DNA of 64,000 nt, from assembly GCA_964106645.2 (NCBI GenBank), contig OZ067041.1; one strand, 5' to 3'. Positions within the stretch are counted from its first letter, which is position 1; each line of letters starts with the position of its first letter. Both the position numbers and the translations under genes were made by a program. Of this stretch, positions 38,495 through 50,804 are shown piece by piece. The notes below the pieces were generated by a model, which worked only from the letters and a program-made list of their open reading frames with translations, was not told where the DNA came from and did not search any database. This DNA is from Podarcis pityusensis (lineage: Eukaryota).

Positions 38495-38948
38495 TGTCAG
38501 GGAACTGCCATTAGCTCAGAGGCAAGAGGTAGTAGAGCAGCTGGGTTACAGGGAGCCTCCAAAGATAGTGAGAAGCAGCACTTCCTCCGTGGAGGAGGGA
38601 AGCCCTGCCTCTAGTGGGGAAGGGATGCAGGGCTCAGAGGATGCAAGAGAGAGCCAAGACACCGTGCATGAGCAAAGCGGGGAGGAGGCAGGTCCCCCTT
38701 TAGCCACGCCCTCTCTGTACAGTAGGTTTACGTGCAGAGAGGGGAAGCGTCAGATGAGGGTCAAGAGACTACTCTGCTGGGGAAAGTTTAAGGACCTCCC
38801 ACTCTCAGATTCTGCTAGTGACTGAGCAAGACATGGAATTGAGATGTTCTGCACTGTAAATGTTTTTGCACCGATAATAAAGCCTTTGAAAAGACCAGTG
38901 GGGATCTTGCCTGTTCGCTCTCAAGCAACTACACCAGTAGGCATAACA
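38495..38948 (+). mobile_element. Probable solo LTR (Gypsy-like)
   Basis: GC-rich block with sharp edges, TGT...ACA termini, 5-bp TSD CCTAA/CTTAA and AATAAA at 38876-38881. Confidence 0.7.
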
Positions 38949-39062
38949 CTTAATGAATGACAAAAAGGGATGATATATCAGATTTATATCCCTGAGTTTA
39001 GAGCATATAAAATGTATGCCTTATGGTTAGTAAAACATGCTGAATAGTAATAATTTCTAATA

Positions 39063-39304
39063 CAGTGGTACCTCTGGTTATGAACTTAATTCGTTCTGGA
39101 GGTCCGTTCTTAAGCTGAAACTGTTCTTATCCTGAGGTGCGCTTTCGCTAATGGGGCCTCCCACTACATGCACGCATCCAGCATGCGATTTCCGTTCACA
39201 TCCTGGGGCAAAGTTCACAACTAGGAGCAGCTACTTCCGGGTTAGTGGAGCTTGTAACCTGAAGCATTCATAACCAGAAGCGTTCATAACCAGAGGTACC
39301 ACTG
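39063..39304 (-). mobile_element. Tc1/mariner (pogo/Tigger-like) MITE, variant subfamily
   Basis: TA TSD and long TIR CAGTGGTACCTCTGGTTATGAAC / GTTCATAACCAGAGGTACCACTG. Confidence 0.9.
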
Positions 39305-40730
39305 TAACTCTTTCTATTCAGGCATCATATCTATGGGAGAATAAATTCATGGAGGGGAAGATCAGTGTTGCATGATAAATGTATGGAGGGGACAGTGTAG
39401 GGTCATTTAACCATATTTAATTAAACCATATTGATATTCTAATTGGATTTCAATCGCTTTTTATTCTTTTCTCTTTTTTTGCTGATTCTTAAAGGCCAAG
39501 ATTTCTCAACACAGATGCTTAAGGTTACAAGCATTACTCACTGGTTTCTACCAAAATTAGAAAGAAGAAGTGATACTGAAGCAGCTGATTTAGAGCAAAA
39601 TAATTCTTAATGGGTTTTAATAAGCCCCACACACCCCCTGGACATTTTATAAACAGTGGTGCCCCTCTAAGAGCCTTCCCAATTATTTTGGGTATTTGGT
39701 ATTTGTTGTTAGGTAACTTCAATATTTAGAGAATGCAAAGCATTTTCTGGGATAATAAAATAACAAAGACTTGCAGAAGAATGCAAAAAATGTCTTGGCT
39801 GTTAGATCTGTTTATCTGATCATAAGACAATGTTTAGTTCTAAACCTGTGGTTACATGTCTGATTTGGATTGTTATTTATACTTCTTAATTGCATTATAC
39901 AAACCATCTCAAGGTGATGTACAATATATGCCACCCTCAAAAGATAATTGTTCTGAAATGAATCAGTTGCGATCCTTGCCTGTTTTGAAATCTAAGCTGC
40001 TCAGTAAATGCTTTCAAAACCCATACATCACATTTTTTCAGATTTAGAGCTTCTATTTATATGCATTTGCAGAAACCTATGCCAGTTTATTCACAAACCC
40101 CGCAAGCCCTTAGTTGCCACTACACTTCTGCAAGAATTTAATTGAGAAGATGTGGTAAATAATGACTTATGAGAGAGAGAAATGCTCACTCATAGTGGAT
40201 CAGGAAAGATGTCTCTCCCCGACAGAGAAGGTCTTATGCCTTCTTAGTGATGTAAATGCTTCAGTGACTCATAAAGTCACCTTTTTTGCTTTGGCAGCCA
40301 AAAAGATCAGAAAGAAAACCCTGGTCAATATAGCAGTGAACTGTAAGGAAGACACAGAGATCTAAATAGGGACCATTATTTGTGGTGCGACACCCCCTTT
40401 GCTTCTATTTATTTTTTTATTCAGATTTGCCAGGGCCAATGGCTAGTAAAATAAAGTTGTTTGGATTGAATTGGATACGTTTGTTACTTTGGGGAAAAAA
40501 TGATATTCTCAAGAAGTGAATTAGAATATTATACTCCTCCTAAATTACAGGTGAGGACAAATGGAATCTTTTCAAATCCACTTGTCTTGGAAAATGATAA
40601 AGCAACGGGCTGCCCTTTCTCCACTGATATTTGATTTATGTTTGGAACCATTGGCATATGCAATGAGACATAATAGGGAGATTTCTGATATTGTACATGA
40701 GCATAAGAATATAAATTAGCATTTATATAT

Positions 40731-41169
40731 AGGACCCTCGTACCTACGGGACCGCCTCTCCTGGTATGCCCCACAGAGAAACCTACGGTCTGCAAATAAT
40801 AACATCCTCAAGGTCCCAGGCCTCAGAGAGGTTAGGCTGGCCTCAACTAGAGCCAGGGCCTTCTCGGCTGCGGCTCCAATCTGGTGGAATGCTCTGTCAC
40901 AAGAGACTAGGGCCCTGCGGGACTTGACATCTTTCCGCAGGGCCTGCAAGACAGAGTTGTTCCGCCAGGCCTTTGATCAGGGCGCAGCCTGACTCCCTCC
41001 TCTGGCAACCTCCACAGAACTTTGCTTAATTGGTTGCCATCAATTTGATTTAATTAATTTTTATAATGAAATATTTTTAGATTGTGTGATTATTTGATTT
41101 TTTGATTATTTGATTGTTGTTAGCCGCCCTGAGCCCGGCTTCGGCTGGGGAGGGCGGGATATAAATAAA

Positions 41170-41203
<34 letters not shown>
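40731..41203 (+). mobile_element. L2 LINE 3' fragment (subfamily B), young
   Basis: Reads GPSYLRDRLSWYAPQRNLRSAN...RARAFSAAAPIWWNAL...FRRACKTELFRQAF, then a 3'UTR and (TTA)n tail. CpGs are retained. Confidence 0.92.
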
Positions 41204-41207
<4 letters not shown>

Positions 41208-41379
41208 GCAGATGTTCTACTATTATTTATTAATACATCACAAACATCTATACCAGAACTAATAAGGGCAATTAATAGTTTTGGTACTAACTGAGGGTAC
41301 ACAATTAACTGGATAAATTCTGAATGAAATCCAGTGGGTAATTGTAAATTACATACTTTGTATACTAACTGTCAATTTT

Positions 41380-41509
41380 NNNNNNNNNNNNNNNNNNNNN
41401 NNNNNNNNNNNNNNNNNNNNNNNNNNNNNNNNNNNNNNNNNNNNNNNNNNNNNNNNNNNNNNNNNNNNNNNNNNNNNNNNNNNNNNNNNNNNNNNNNNNN
41501 NNNNNNNNN
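41380..41509. other. Assembly gap (130 N)
   Basis: Run of N. It hides the 3' end of the adjacent L2. Confidence 0.99.
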
Positions 41510-42659
41510 AAAATACAGTAAAATATCACAGATTAAAAACTTCCCTGAAAAGGGCTGCCTTAAGATGTCTTCTAAATATCAGGTAGTTATTTATCGCTTT
41601 GACATCTGATGGGAGGGCGTTCCACAGGGCAGGCGCCACTACCGAGAAGGCCCTCTGCCTGGTTCCCTGTAGCTTTGCTTTTCGCAATGAGGGAACCGCC
41701 AGAATGCCCTCGGCACTGGACCTCAGCGTCCGGGCAGAACGATGGGGGTGGAGATGCTCCTTCAGGTATACTGGGCCGAGGCCGTTTAGGGCTTTAAAGG
41801 TCAACACCAGCACTTTGAATTGTGCTCGGAAACGTACTGGGAGCCAATGTAGGTCTTTCAAGACCGGTGTTATGTGGTTTCAGCGGCCGCCCCCAGTCAC
41901 CAGTCTAGCTGCCGCATTCTGGATTAGTTGTAGTTTCCGAGTCACCTTCAAAGGTAGCCCCACGTAGAGCGCATTGCAGTAGTCCAAGCGGGAGATAACT
42001 AGAGCATGCACCACTCTTGCGAGACAGTCCGCGGGCAGGTAGGGTCTCAGCCTGCATACCAGGTGGAGTTGGTAGACAGCTGCCCTGGATACAGAATTGA
42101 CCTGCGCCTCCATGGACAGCTGTGAGTCCAAAATGACTCCCAGGCTGCGCACCTGGTCCTTCAGGGGCACAGCTACCCTATTCAGGACCAGGGAGTCCTC
42201 CACACCAGCCCGCCCCCTGTCCCCCCAAAACAGTACTTCTGTCTTGTCAGGATTCAACTTCAATCCATTAGCCGCCATCCATCCTCCATCCGCCTCCAGG
42301 CACTCACACAGGACCTTCACCGCCTTCACTGGTTCTGATTTGAAAGAGAGGTAGAGCTGGGTATCATCTGCATATTGATGGACACCCAGTCCAAACCCCC
42401 TGATGATCTCTCCCAGTGGCTTCATATAGATGTTAAAAAGCATGGGGGAGAGGACGGAACCCTGAGGCACCCCACAAGTGAGGGCCCAGGGGTCTGAACA
42501 CTCATCCCCCACCACCACTTTCTGAACACGGCCCAGGAGGAAGGAGCGAAACCACTGTATAACAGTGCCCCCAGCTCCCAGCCCCTCTAGACGGTCCAGA
42601 AGGATGTTATGGTCGATTGTATCAAAGGCCGCTGAGAGATCCAGCAGAACCAGGAAACA
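41510..42659 (-). mobile_element. L2 LINE (subfamily A) reverse transcriptase C-terminal half, 5'-truncated
   Basis: RT motifs LLDLSAAFDTIDH, GVPQGSVLSPMLF and HQYADD, plus L2-typical SRLDYCN, QNAAARL and LHWLPV. ORFs 41880-42767 and 41526-41861 are one frame split by a TGA at 41880-41882. Confidence 0.96.
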
Positions 42660-43021
42660 ATATGTAAACATTTTAGTTCTGAGAGATATCTCCCATGTGA
42701 TTAAAATTAATTTAAATATATTGATAATGGAGATTTCTAATGATCTGGAAAGATGGGCATGACTCAAGATGACATTTTTGTCACAAACAATATACCGTAT
42801 GTATTAGGAGGTATTTATTTATGTATTCCTCTAGTGCATTTTCAAAATATCAGTGGTATATTTCAGAGGTTTATTTCCACCATGCTTCTCATTTAAAATA
42901 AATATAATTTATCGGTGACGATATATTTAATTAAACCACCTGTTTGTGTCTGTTTATAGGCTATCTGCTTTGAGTGCTTTAGCATACCCTAAATTATTGG
43001 AGGAAATAACTGAATCTTCTT

Positions 43022-43385
43022 AGAATAAGAATAAGAATTTATTTACTGTATATGCCACCCATCTGACTGGGTTGCCCCAGCCACTGGGAGGCTTCCAATA
43101 AATGAAAACATCAAACCTAGTAAAACATCAAAAACATTAAAAACTTCCCTACACAAGGCTTCCATCAGATTTCTTCTAAAAGTCAAATAGCTGTTGATTT
43201 CCTTGACTACTGATGGGCAGGCATTCAACTGGGTGCGTGCAACTACAAAGAAGGCCCTCTGCCTGGTTCACTGAAGCCTTAATTCTGGCAATGAGGGACC
43301 ACCAGAAGGCCCTGGGAGCTGAATCTCAGTATCTGGGCTGGACGATGGGGATGGAGATGCTCCTTCAGGTATACAGAGCCAAAGC
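43022..43385 (-). mobile_element. Diverged L2 3' fragment (A-related)
   Basis: Similar to 41530-41780 with indels; (TTCTTA)n-like tail. Confidence 0.85.
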
Positions 43386-44544
43386 AGTTGTGAATTAGAA
43401 AGTTTAATTCACAACTGCTGTTTATTGGACCTTTGTAAAGCGGACTTTCAAGAATTTAGAGAGTCGTGGCATAAGGAATTAGAATGTGCTATCAACCTAA
43501 ACAATGAAAAATTGCTTTAGAATCTCTACACAACATTTCTCCACATTTGAACTTGAGATTGATTCAGCAAAAGAAAATAGCTGTTTGGGGTATATTGGAC
43601 TTCACAATGTTTGTACTGGAAGGCACTCTCTAATACAGGTAGATGTTGGGGATGTAATACTGAATTGGCCTCACTGTGGCATATGATGTGGGCATGTCCA
43701 TTGATACATTCTTTTTGATCTGAAGTTGTTGCCTGTATCAATTTTGTACTTAGATATTTGCTGGTGTTCATGCTCACTGCCTTTGCTACACTTGAACATT
43801 TAAAAAATATATGTATTTATAAATTCATGTGGATACCTGTTTGGGCATCTGGAAAGTTTATATCAATTTTAATGTTTAATTTTACTTAGGAGGTCCGATG
43901 GCTATTGTATTCTCAATGTGAGCTATCAGTTTGTAATGTTATTATAGATTTTTTTCTGGCCTTGATAATCTGGCCTTTGTGGCTTTCTGTTTCTTAAATT
44001 TGTCACTTAAAAATAAAAAAGAACAAGGAGTGTACGAACTTATCTTCAGATGTTCATGTACCTTTAAGCTATTTTCCTATAGCATGGGGATTAACAACAG
44101 GACAACAAAGGGAATTCTTATGGTTGCCAAGAGACTTCGAGCCTGGGAGGATAAATATCTGCCATCTGAGGACCCTACTGCCTTAGACATATGCCTGATG
44201 CTTTCTGTAACATAATCTGCATGTCCCTGATATGAAAATACACCACGTCTGTGGCAACAAGGTCAGCAAAAGATTAGCTGCTCTGCCAAAGCAGATGCAA
44301 GTCTCATAGCAGGCAGACCACCCACCTTTTAAGTTTGTGTGTGTGTCTTTCTCTCTCTGTGTGTGTGTGTGTTTTAAAAAAACCAATTTCCAACATTAGT
44401 GTAATAACTCGCGTCATCCTGCACTGTTTCTATCCCCCTCTTTCTTTGATCTCTTTCTTAATTATTTCAGTCCTATATGTTTCTTCTGTGGCATTTGATA
44501 GCAGTTTATTCTGTCAGCTGCAGCTACCTGTTCCTTCAGTGCTT

Positions 44545-44618
44545 GGATTCAGAGCAGATAAAAGAAATCACTTCTTCACACAGGACATAGTTAAACTATG
44601 GAACTCGCTCACACAGGA
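44545..44618 (+). mobile_element. CR1 ORF2 C-terminal fragment
   Basis: FRADKRNHFFTQDIVKLWNSLTQE matches the CR1-type FFT.RVV..WN.LP motif. Confidence 0.7.
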
Positions 44619-44785
44619 ATCATAGAATCATAGAGTTGGAAGGGACTAATCTAACCCTCGGCAATGCAGGGATCCCAACTAAAGCATCCATGACAGATGG
44701 ACATTCAACCACTGCTTAAAAACCTCAATGGAAGGAGAGGCTTCCAAGGGAGTCCTTGGACAACTCTTACTATCAGAAAGTTGCA
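44619..44785 (-). mobile_element. CR1 LINE 3' end
   Basis: atcatagaatcatagagttggaaggga...gcttaaaaacctc is the reverse complement of the CR1 terminus. Confidence 0.8.
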
Positions 44786-44845
44786 GGAGAGAGATTGTGG
44801 CACACATTCTAATAAATGCAATAGATCAGATGTAGATCTTGTTGT

Positions 44846-45108
44846 GAAGAAGAAGAAGAAGAAGAAGAAGAGTTTGGATTTGATATCCCTCTTTCTCACT
44901 ACCCAAAGGAGTCTCAAAGCAGCTAACATTCTCCTTTCCCTTCCTCCCCCACAACAAACACTCTGTGAGATGAGTAAGGCTGAGAGACTTCAGAGAAGTG
45001 TGACTGGCCCAAGGTCACCCAGCAGCTGCATGTGGAAGAGCTGAGACGTGAACCCAGTTCACCAGATTATGAGTCTACCGCTCTTAACCACTACACCACA
45101 CTGGTTTC
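44846..45108 (-). mobile_element. Squam3-type tRNA/CORE-like SINE, full length
   Basis: Minus-strand head CCAGTGTGGTGTAGTGGTTAAGAGCGG, CORE-like GGGTGACCTTGGGC and (CTT)n tail. Near-identical to 52909-53178. Confidence 0.88.
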
Positions 45109-45354
45109 CATCCGCACATGAATCCACTTAATGTGTGTGGTTGGCAGTGTGTGCTTATATGGGATTAGGGAGACCACAGCATCATCATCACCATCATGGC
45201 ATATTATTATTCACAGATCTCAGGGTGGTTCACAATGCAGGTTTTAGCAATGTCCCTTATACTGAACATCACATGTAGTTCTGCCCTCCGCTTGTCTTTT
45301 TAAAATTCATACTTCTGAATTATAGGATTTTTATCAGGGACGTATTCATCTTGC

Positions 45355-45700
45355 ACAAAAGTGTTTACAATAAAAGTAATCTTCATAACAATCACATTAG
45401 CAGCTGCATTGTCAAGAGCTATACACCTCATCTCCTACACTTTCAGCATGAAAGCTTTTAAAAATGGGCGGTTTACACTTGACAGCCCCTGTGTGCTTAG
45501 TGCGTTTCAAATTTGTGCAAAGCAAACAAAAGTTACAATGGCAATGAATTTTAAAATAGAGACCACCTTTGAATCGGGATCAAGGAATGCACACCTAACA
45601 AGGAACAAAACAGGCTGTCCTTCCCCTGGGAAAGAAATTACAGTGTGAGTCATGAAGTAACTCAGAGCAAACATGTGACTCATTGCCTGCAATGGGTATC
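45355..45700. promoter_or_regulatory. Candidate enhancer with a dense motif cluster
   Basis: AP-1 TGAGTCA (45646-45652) and TGACTCA (45676-45682), EBF TCCCCTGGGA (45622-45631), FOX TGTTTAC (45362-45368), TEAD-like GGAATG and MEIS-like TGACAG. Confidence 0.35.
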
Positions 45701-45991
45701 AGCAATTGCGCTAGTAAAGGAAGTTGGTGTTGATGATTCATTGTATTGTCAAGATAATGTGTTGCTTAAACATTATGATGACCATGCAATTCTAGTATTG
45801 CCTCAAATTCAGATAAACAATTTAGTAAAAGTAGGAAGAAAACATTATCTAGAAAATATGAGGAATGTTCTAACATATGCCACTAAGATACTGATTTTGT
45901 CTGGGATAAGCTACTGTACATTGGCATCAAAAGCAGAAGAGAGTCATATTAAAATTGGGTTTACTTTCCAACCAATGTGTATTTTTCATTT

Positions 45992-46128
45992 CAGGGATAT
46001 GGAACCTGTGGCACTCCGGATGTTCCTGGAATCCGGTTTCCATCAGCCCCAGTCAGCATGGCAATGGTCAGAAAAGGAGGGAGTTGTAATCCAAAATTTT
46101 TGCAGGACTATGGATTTCCCCAGCCCTG
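45992..46128. mobile_element. Degenerate hAT/Charlie-type MITE
   Basis: CAGGG...CCCTG ends with a catcagcccc...gggagttgtaatcc core. Confidence 0.65.
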
Positions 46129-46570
46129 CAATAGTGGAGGTTGGAACAGAAAAGTGATTTCGAAAGATATGAGTATATGTGCCTTTGCCAAAAATTCGTA
46201 GTATTGTTGCTGTTTAAACACATGAACTTGGATCCAAAGCTTTTACTACACCCACAGAAGGAGCTTCCATTCACAGAAGTGGAGTTGTACTCATGGAAGG
46301 GGGTCTGAGAGCAGAAAAACCTCTTTCACAAATGCAACTTGGCTTTCTGCAAATGGAAGCGGCTTCTATTAAAGGAAGCAAAACTTTGCATGAAAGCTGT
46401 GGTTTCAAGTTATTGGTGCTACTCTGCAGTGATGATACAACAGAGAAGTATCAGACTGTTCCCTTCGATGCTGCAGCTACTCAGAACCCTCTGTGGGGCA
46501 ATCAAGATAGGGAGCCAGCCTTTTAAAAGATTCGGTGTAGCTTTTTGTTGTTGCTGCTTGGTGCTGAGGG

Positions 46571-46574
<4 letters not shown>

Positions 46575-46629
<55 letters not shown>
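46575..46629. repeat. Compound (CT)n(GT)n microsatellite
   Basis: Read directly. Confidence 0.95.
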
Positions 46630-46630
<1 letters not shown>

Positions 46631-47481
46631 CAAGGGTCAAAGGAACCATCTGCTTACTGCCTCTCTGATATCTCCAACATAGCATCACTCTGGAGCAATG
46701 CTACACCAGAAGAATCAAGGATTGTAATTGTGACTTACTCAGTGCAGCCATGCAGAGCTCCTCCCTGTGTCAACAGTCCTTACTGTTACCACCTGTACTG
46801 TAAGTACACCAGGTACAGGGCGAGAGCTACTGACAGCACATTGAAATCCAGGAGCAATTCCTGGTGGCTGTCTCTGCTATTCATTTTTAGCCACCATGCT
46901 AACGCAGTTCGCATCCCTCATTTCACCTGCACAAAAAAGTAGATGCTGGCCATAGCCAGAGAAATGGGAGAATCAAATGCTATGAATGTTTCATAAACTG
47001 TCTTTAGGTGTGGATTTCAAATGGAATGTGAAATATAACTCACTTGCAAGTATTTCGACTATGTGAGAATGCCCCCCCGCAAGTTCACCAGAATTGTGCC
47101 CCCATGTCTGTGCAACAGCTGCTAAAACATGTCCTCGGACTAGGTACACCCTCTATGTGCTCTTGCAATACAAGGAGAAACAGAAAAATGAATGTCCATC
47201 CATTAGAGTAAAAACTGGGACTCATGTGCCCAAGTAACCCAGTGTGAAGAAATGTATGTCTTAAAATAGCTACAGAAGATAGTAAACCTGCTGGGTAATT
47301 ACTGTAAATTTGGCAGATTTCCCAACACTCCAGTTTTACTAGTTATAATAAGTGCAGTAAAAGTGATCTATTTAAAGATTTAATTTCTTGGGCATGGTTA
47401 TGAAAGAGACAGTTATGCAGCAGCCTCCTAAACATAGTTACTCAGAAGTAAGTCCTGCTATGAAATTTACTCCCCACTCAA

Positions 47482-47483
<2 letters not shown>

Positions 47484-47523
<40 letters not shown>

Positions 47524-47577
47524 TTATTATTTATACCCTGCCCATCTGGCTGAGTCTCCCCAGCCACTCTGGGCAGT
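47484..47577 (-). mobile_element. L2 subfamily A 3' tail
   Basis: (AAT)n followed by tttataccctgcccatctggctgagtctccccagccactctgggc. It sits inside a palindromic MITE-like repeat. Confidence 0.85.
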
Positions 47578-48047
47578 ACCTAAGATTGCAACCCCCTTCT
47601 CATCTATTCTCATCTATTCTTTCCATTTTACTAAACTTAGTGATAGAAAATGTGTAACATGTAAAGTGTGTATATACTAGTCTGATATTTATCAGCTACT
47701 AGAAGTAGTAGCAAGGTTCCAACGCGGTTGCCCTTTCAAGAAACCACGCAGCTGATCCAGCAGCACCCAAGGTTCCCTACACCAGCCCGAGATGCCCAAA
47801 CACCCTGGGTGAACCAAAGCAGCAAAATGTTGTAGCAACCAGGGCTGGTGTCAGCACCTGGGATCTTCAGGTGCCTGCTGAGGCACTGGTGGCTAGAACT
47901 AGGAACTAGCCACCATTTTGATTTCCCACAATGCCCCTGACATAGTATCACTCTGGGGCATTGTGAGAAGGAAAAGGTTGGGTAAGTCTGCAGGTCATCC
48001 ATCACTATAGGAGCAAACCCTCCAGATAGAACTTTGCCATGCAGTTT

Positions 48048-48406
48048 AATAATAATAATAAATTTTATTTATACCCCACCCTCCCCAGACATGACCAAGC
48101 TCGGGGAGGCTAACACCAGGTATAAAACAATTGATTAAAATACAACTTAAAAACAAGATTAAAATACAACATTAAAATGCAGCCTCATTTCAGTAGAAAC
48201 TCAAATCAAAAACTTTTTGGGGATGAAAACGTCAAATCTACACCAAGGCCAACTATCCAGACTGGTCCTACATGGGCCAGAAAAAAAGCCAAGGAAGTCC
48301 CCAAATAGGAGTTCCATCACAGAAGGAGAAAGGAAAAAGGACAGAGGGGAAGGGGATCAAGTTGATTCCAAGCAAAAGGCCAGGTGGATTCCAAGCCAAA
48401 GGCCAG
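48048..48406 (-). mobile_element. L2 subfamily B-like 3'UTR fragment
   Basis: Shares atacaacttaaaaacaagattaaaatacaacattaaaat and ccaagccaaaggccag with 7320-7465. Confidence 0.82.
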
Positions 48407-48574
48407 TTTAGCATTGCATAGCTGATTTTTTATGAACAAATGGCCAGTACTGGTGGTGTGGTGTGGGGGTACTCAGCTAGCTCAGGACTGTGGTGTGGAG
48501 AGATGTGGAAATGTAGCCTTTTGTCCCACCGTGGTCCTAATCAGAATACCACACCTCCTGGAAACCCAGGAGGG

Positions 48575-48691
48575 AAAAGTTCTCTTGTGCTTGCTAATAT
48601 CCCACCAGCATCCATTTGGCGACTGTGAGAACAGGATGCTGGACTAGATGGGCCATTGGCCTGATCCTGCAGGTGGTTCTTATGTTCTTAT
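48575..48691 (+). mobile_element. Old CR1-type 3' end
   Basis: ctgtgagaacaggatgctggactagatgggccattggcctgatcc...ttcttatgttctta. Confidence 0.78.
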
Positions 48692-50626
48692 TTGGCATCA
48701 TTTGTTTAACGTAAACCAGCTATGCAATGATAAATTTGTTGGCAGAAAACATAAAATTAAACATGCTGCTTCTAGAGAAGGGGGTTGATGAAAACAGGAC
48801 ATAAAAGTCTCTGTGTCAGAGGGAGGGGAGGAATAATGTTTTTAATAATAAAAGTAGAGAAACAGTGCTGAATTTATGAAAGGGAAGGAAAAACATGAAA
48901 ACGTAGAAAAATCCTGATGTTGCATGCTTCGGGGACACCAGTTGAATGATATATTGCATGACTTTCATCATCAGGTAATTTTATATTTTATTTGTGCCTG
49001 CATTTCTGCATTTTTTAAATTTCTGCATATTTTATTTATAATTTTAGTTTGAAAGTAAATAGCAGGCTTTGCAACTGTTCAAAGGAAAGTTATGGAGGCA
49101 GCAGAGTCATGATGTGCTTTCTGTCTCTCACACGCAAACATCCAAGTGCGTCAAACAGATAATATCAGAAATTGAACTCCCCATTGCAACACGCAGCCAA
49201 AGCACAGCTCCCCACTATATCCTAGGAAGAGGTACAATAGCAGCATTGTCTCACCCATTCCAGAGGATTAATCCGAGACATAATGCTACAGAAATGGTGG
49301 TGGGTGACTTCCAAACTTAGCCTGATACCTGCCTGTGACAAAGCTGAAGATGTGGGCGGAGATGGGAGTAAGTGTCGCTTTGTGAAAACAGCTGGAGGCA
49401 GTGCACCTCGTCTGTGTCTTTAATGGGAAATGAGCCAGAAAGGCAGCTTCCCTCCTGCAATACATATGGGAACTCAGTTTTGCGAAACATTGTCACTGCT
49501 GTTCTCCAGATGAAAGATAGAGACGCACAATGAAAGAGTCCCAGAAACTGTGAGCAGCTCATTATACAGCACAGCGTGATTATTGGTTGGATTAATTATT
49601 GCTTTTATCCTGCTTAAAAAGAATCTAGATCAGTAGCAGCAGAATATTAGGAGTATTTTTATGTACCTTTGAAATAAGGGAGTACTAATGAGTCTTTGGG
49701 CTTTCAGTGTTTACTCCACAGAGTTGTTGTAGGCCTGTGGGCTAAATCCTCCTCTTTCAGCTACACCAATTCCTCCAGTGCACATTTTAGTTAATGATGC
49801 AGCCCAGTGGTCCGGACAGTAGGTCAGTAGACTGTGGAGCTAAATTAAGCAAAGTCTTATTTCCCATGTCCTCTTTACCGAACGAGCGAAGGGATTAATT
49901 CAGGACAGAGGATGAGAAAAACAAAAGAACCCCCATGATCCAGCTTGCTACTTTTCCTGTTAGGGTCTCTTAAGAAGACAAGTTTAAACATGGATTTCAC
50001 TTCAGTTCCAAGGATACACACATTGTTTAAACTCATCTGGAAAGAACATCCACTATCTTTTCATGTAGTGTTTTTCTTTTAAGACAACAACAACAAATAG
50101 ATCTTGTGAGTAAAATTCACAAGGGTGGGGGAGAAAATCCACAGCTGTGATTACACTTTCTGTATTTATCACAGCTGTTGTGCTGAAAGGTGGGCGTTTG
50201 ACCAACTGCAAGAAATTAGGATATTTTCACACAATCAAACAATCAGCCTTATCCTGGGATGACACGGGAACGGTTCATCCCATAATATGCATATTGAGTA
50301 AAGATGTAGAAGAAGCCCCACCCCTTTGCTCAGCAGGACTAGCAACAGGACCTAGTTTTGATTACAATAGAACACTTATCTGGGTAGCAGCCACATTTGC
50401 CCACTCCGTGAGAGAAGCTCTTGTCCAACTAATAGGGCCCAATGCTATTCTTATGAAAAATGGTAGTTCAAATTCATCCAGGATTGCAAGGCAAGCAAGG
50501 TAAGGAAATTCTGAAAGCATTCCAGCAGCAGATGTTGGAAGACAGTATGCTCCTTTCTCCAGCATTCTTGAACAGATGGGGAATACACAGAGGCTACACA
50601 CATGCACATCCTCACACACATAACAT

Positions 50627-50804
50627 GGGGAGGGGCTGGAGCTCAGTGGCAAAGGATCTGATTGGCACGCAGAAGGTATGGGGTTCAATCCCTTGGCATT
50701 TTCATCTTGGACTGGGAAAGCCCCTTCCTGAAATGCTACAAAGCTCTGCAGAGCTAGATTGATCAATGATCTGACTGTGTATAAAGGCAGATTCCTATGT
50801 TCCT
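50627..50804 (+). mobile_element. tRNA-headed SINE with CR1-like tail
   Basis: gagctcagtggc (A box), ggttcaatccc (B box) and tataaaggcagattcctatgttcct tail. Confidence 0.72.

Noticed and set aside
42660-42767. N-terminal extension of the 295-aa RT ORF as a host-TE fusion gene
   Set aside because: It is AT-rich flank in frame by chance with a TTG start, and the RT is truncated and has a stop.
45645-46157. 170-aa ORF
   Set aside because: It spans a MITE and an enhancer-like block and has no recognisable domain.
50627-50700. tRNA gene
   Set aside because: A and B boxes are present, but it continues into a SINE body found in several copies and I cannot fold a full cloverleaf. The same applies to the Sauria and Squam3 heads.
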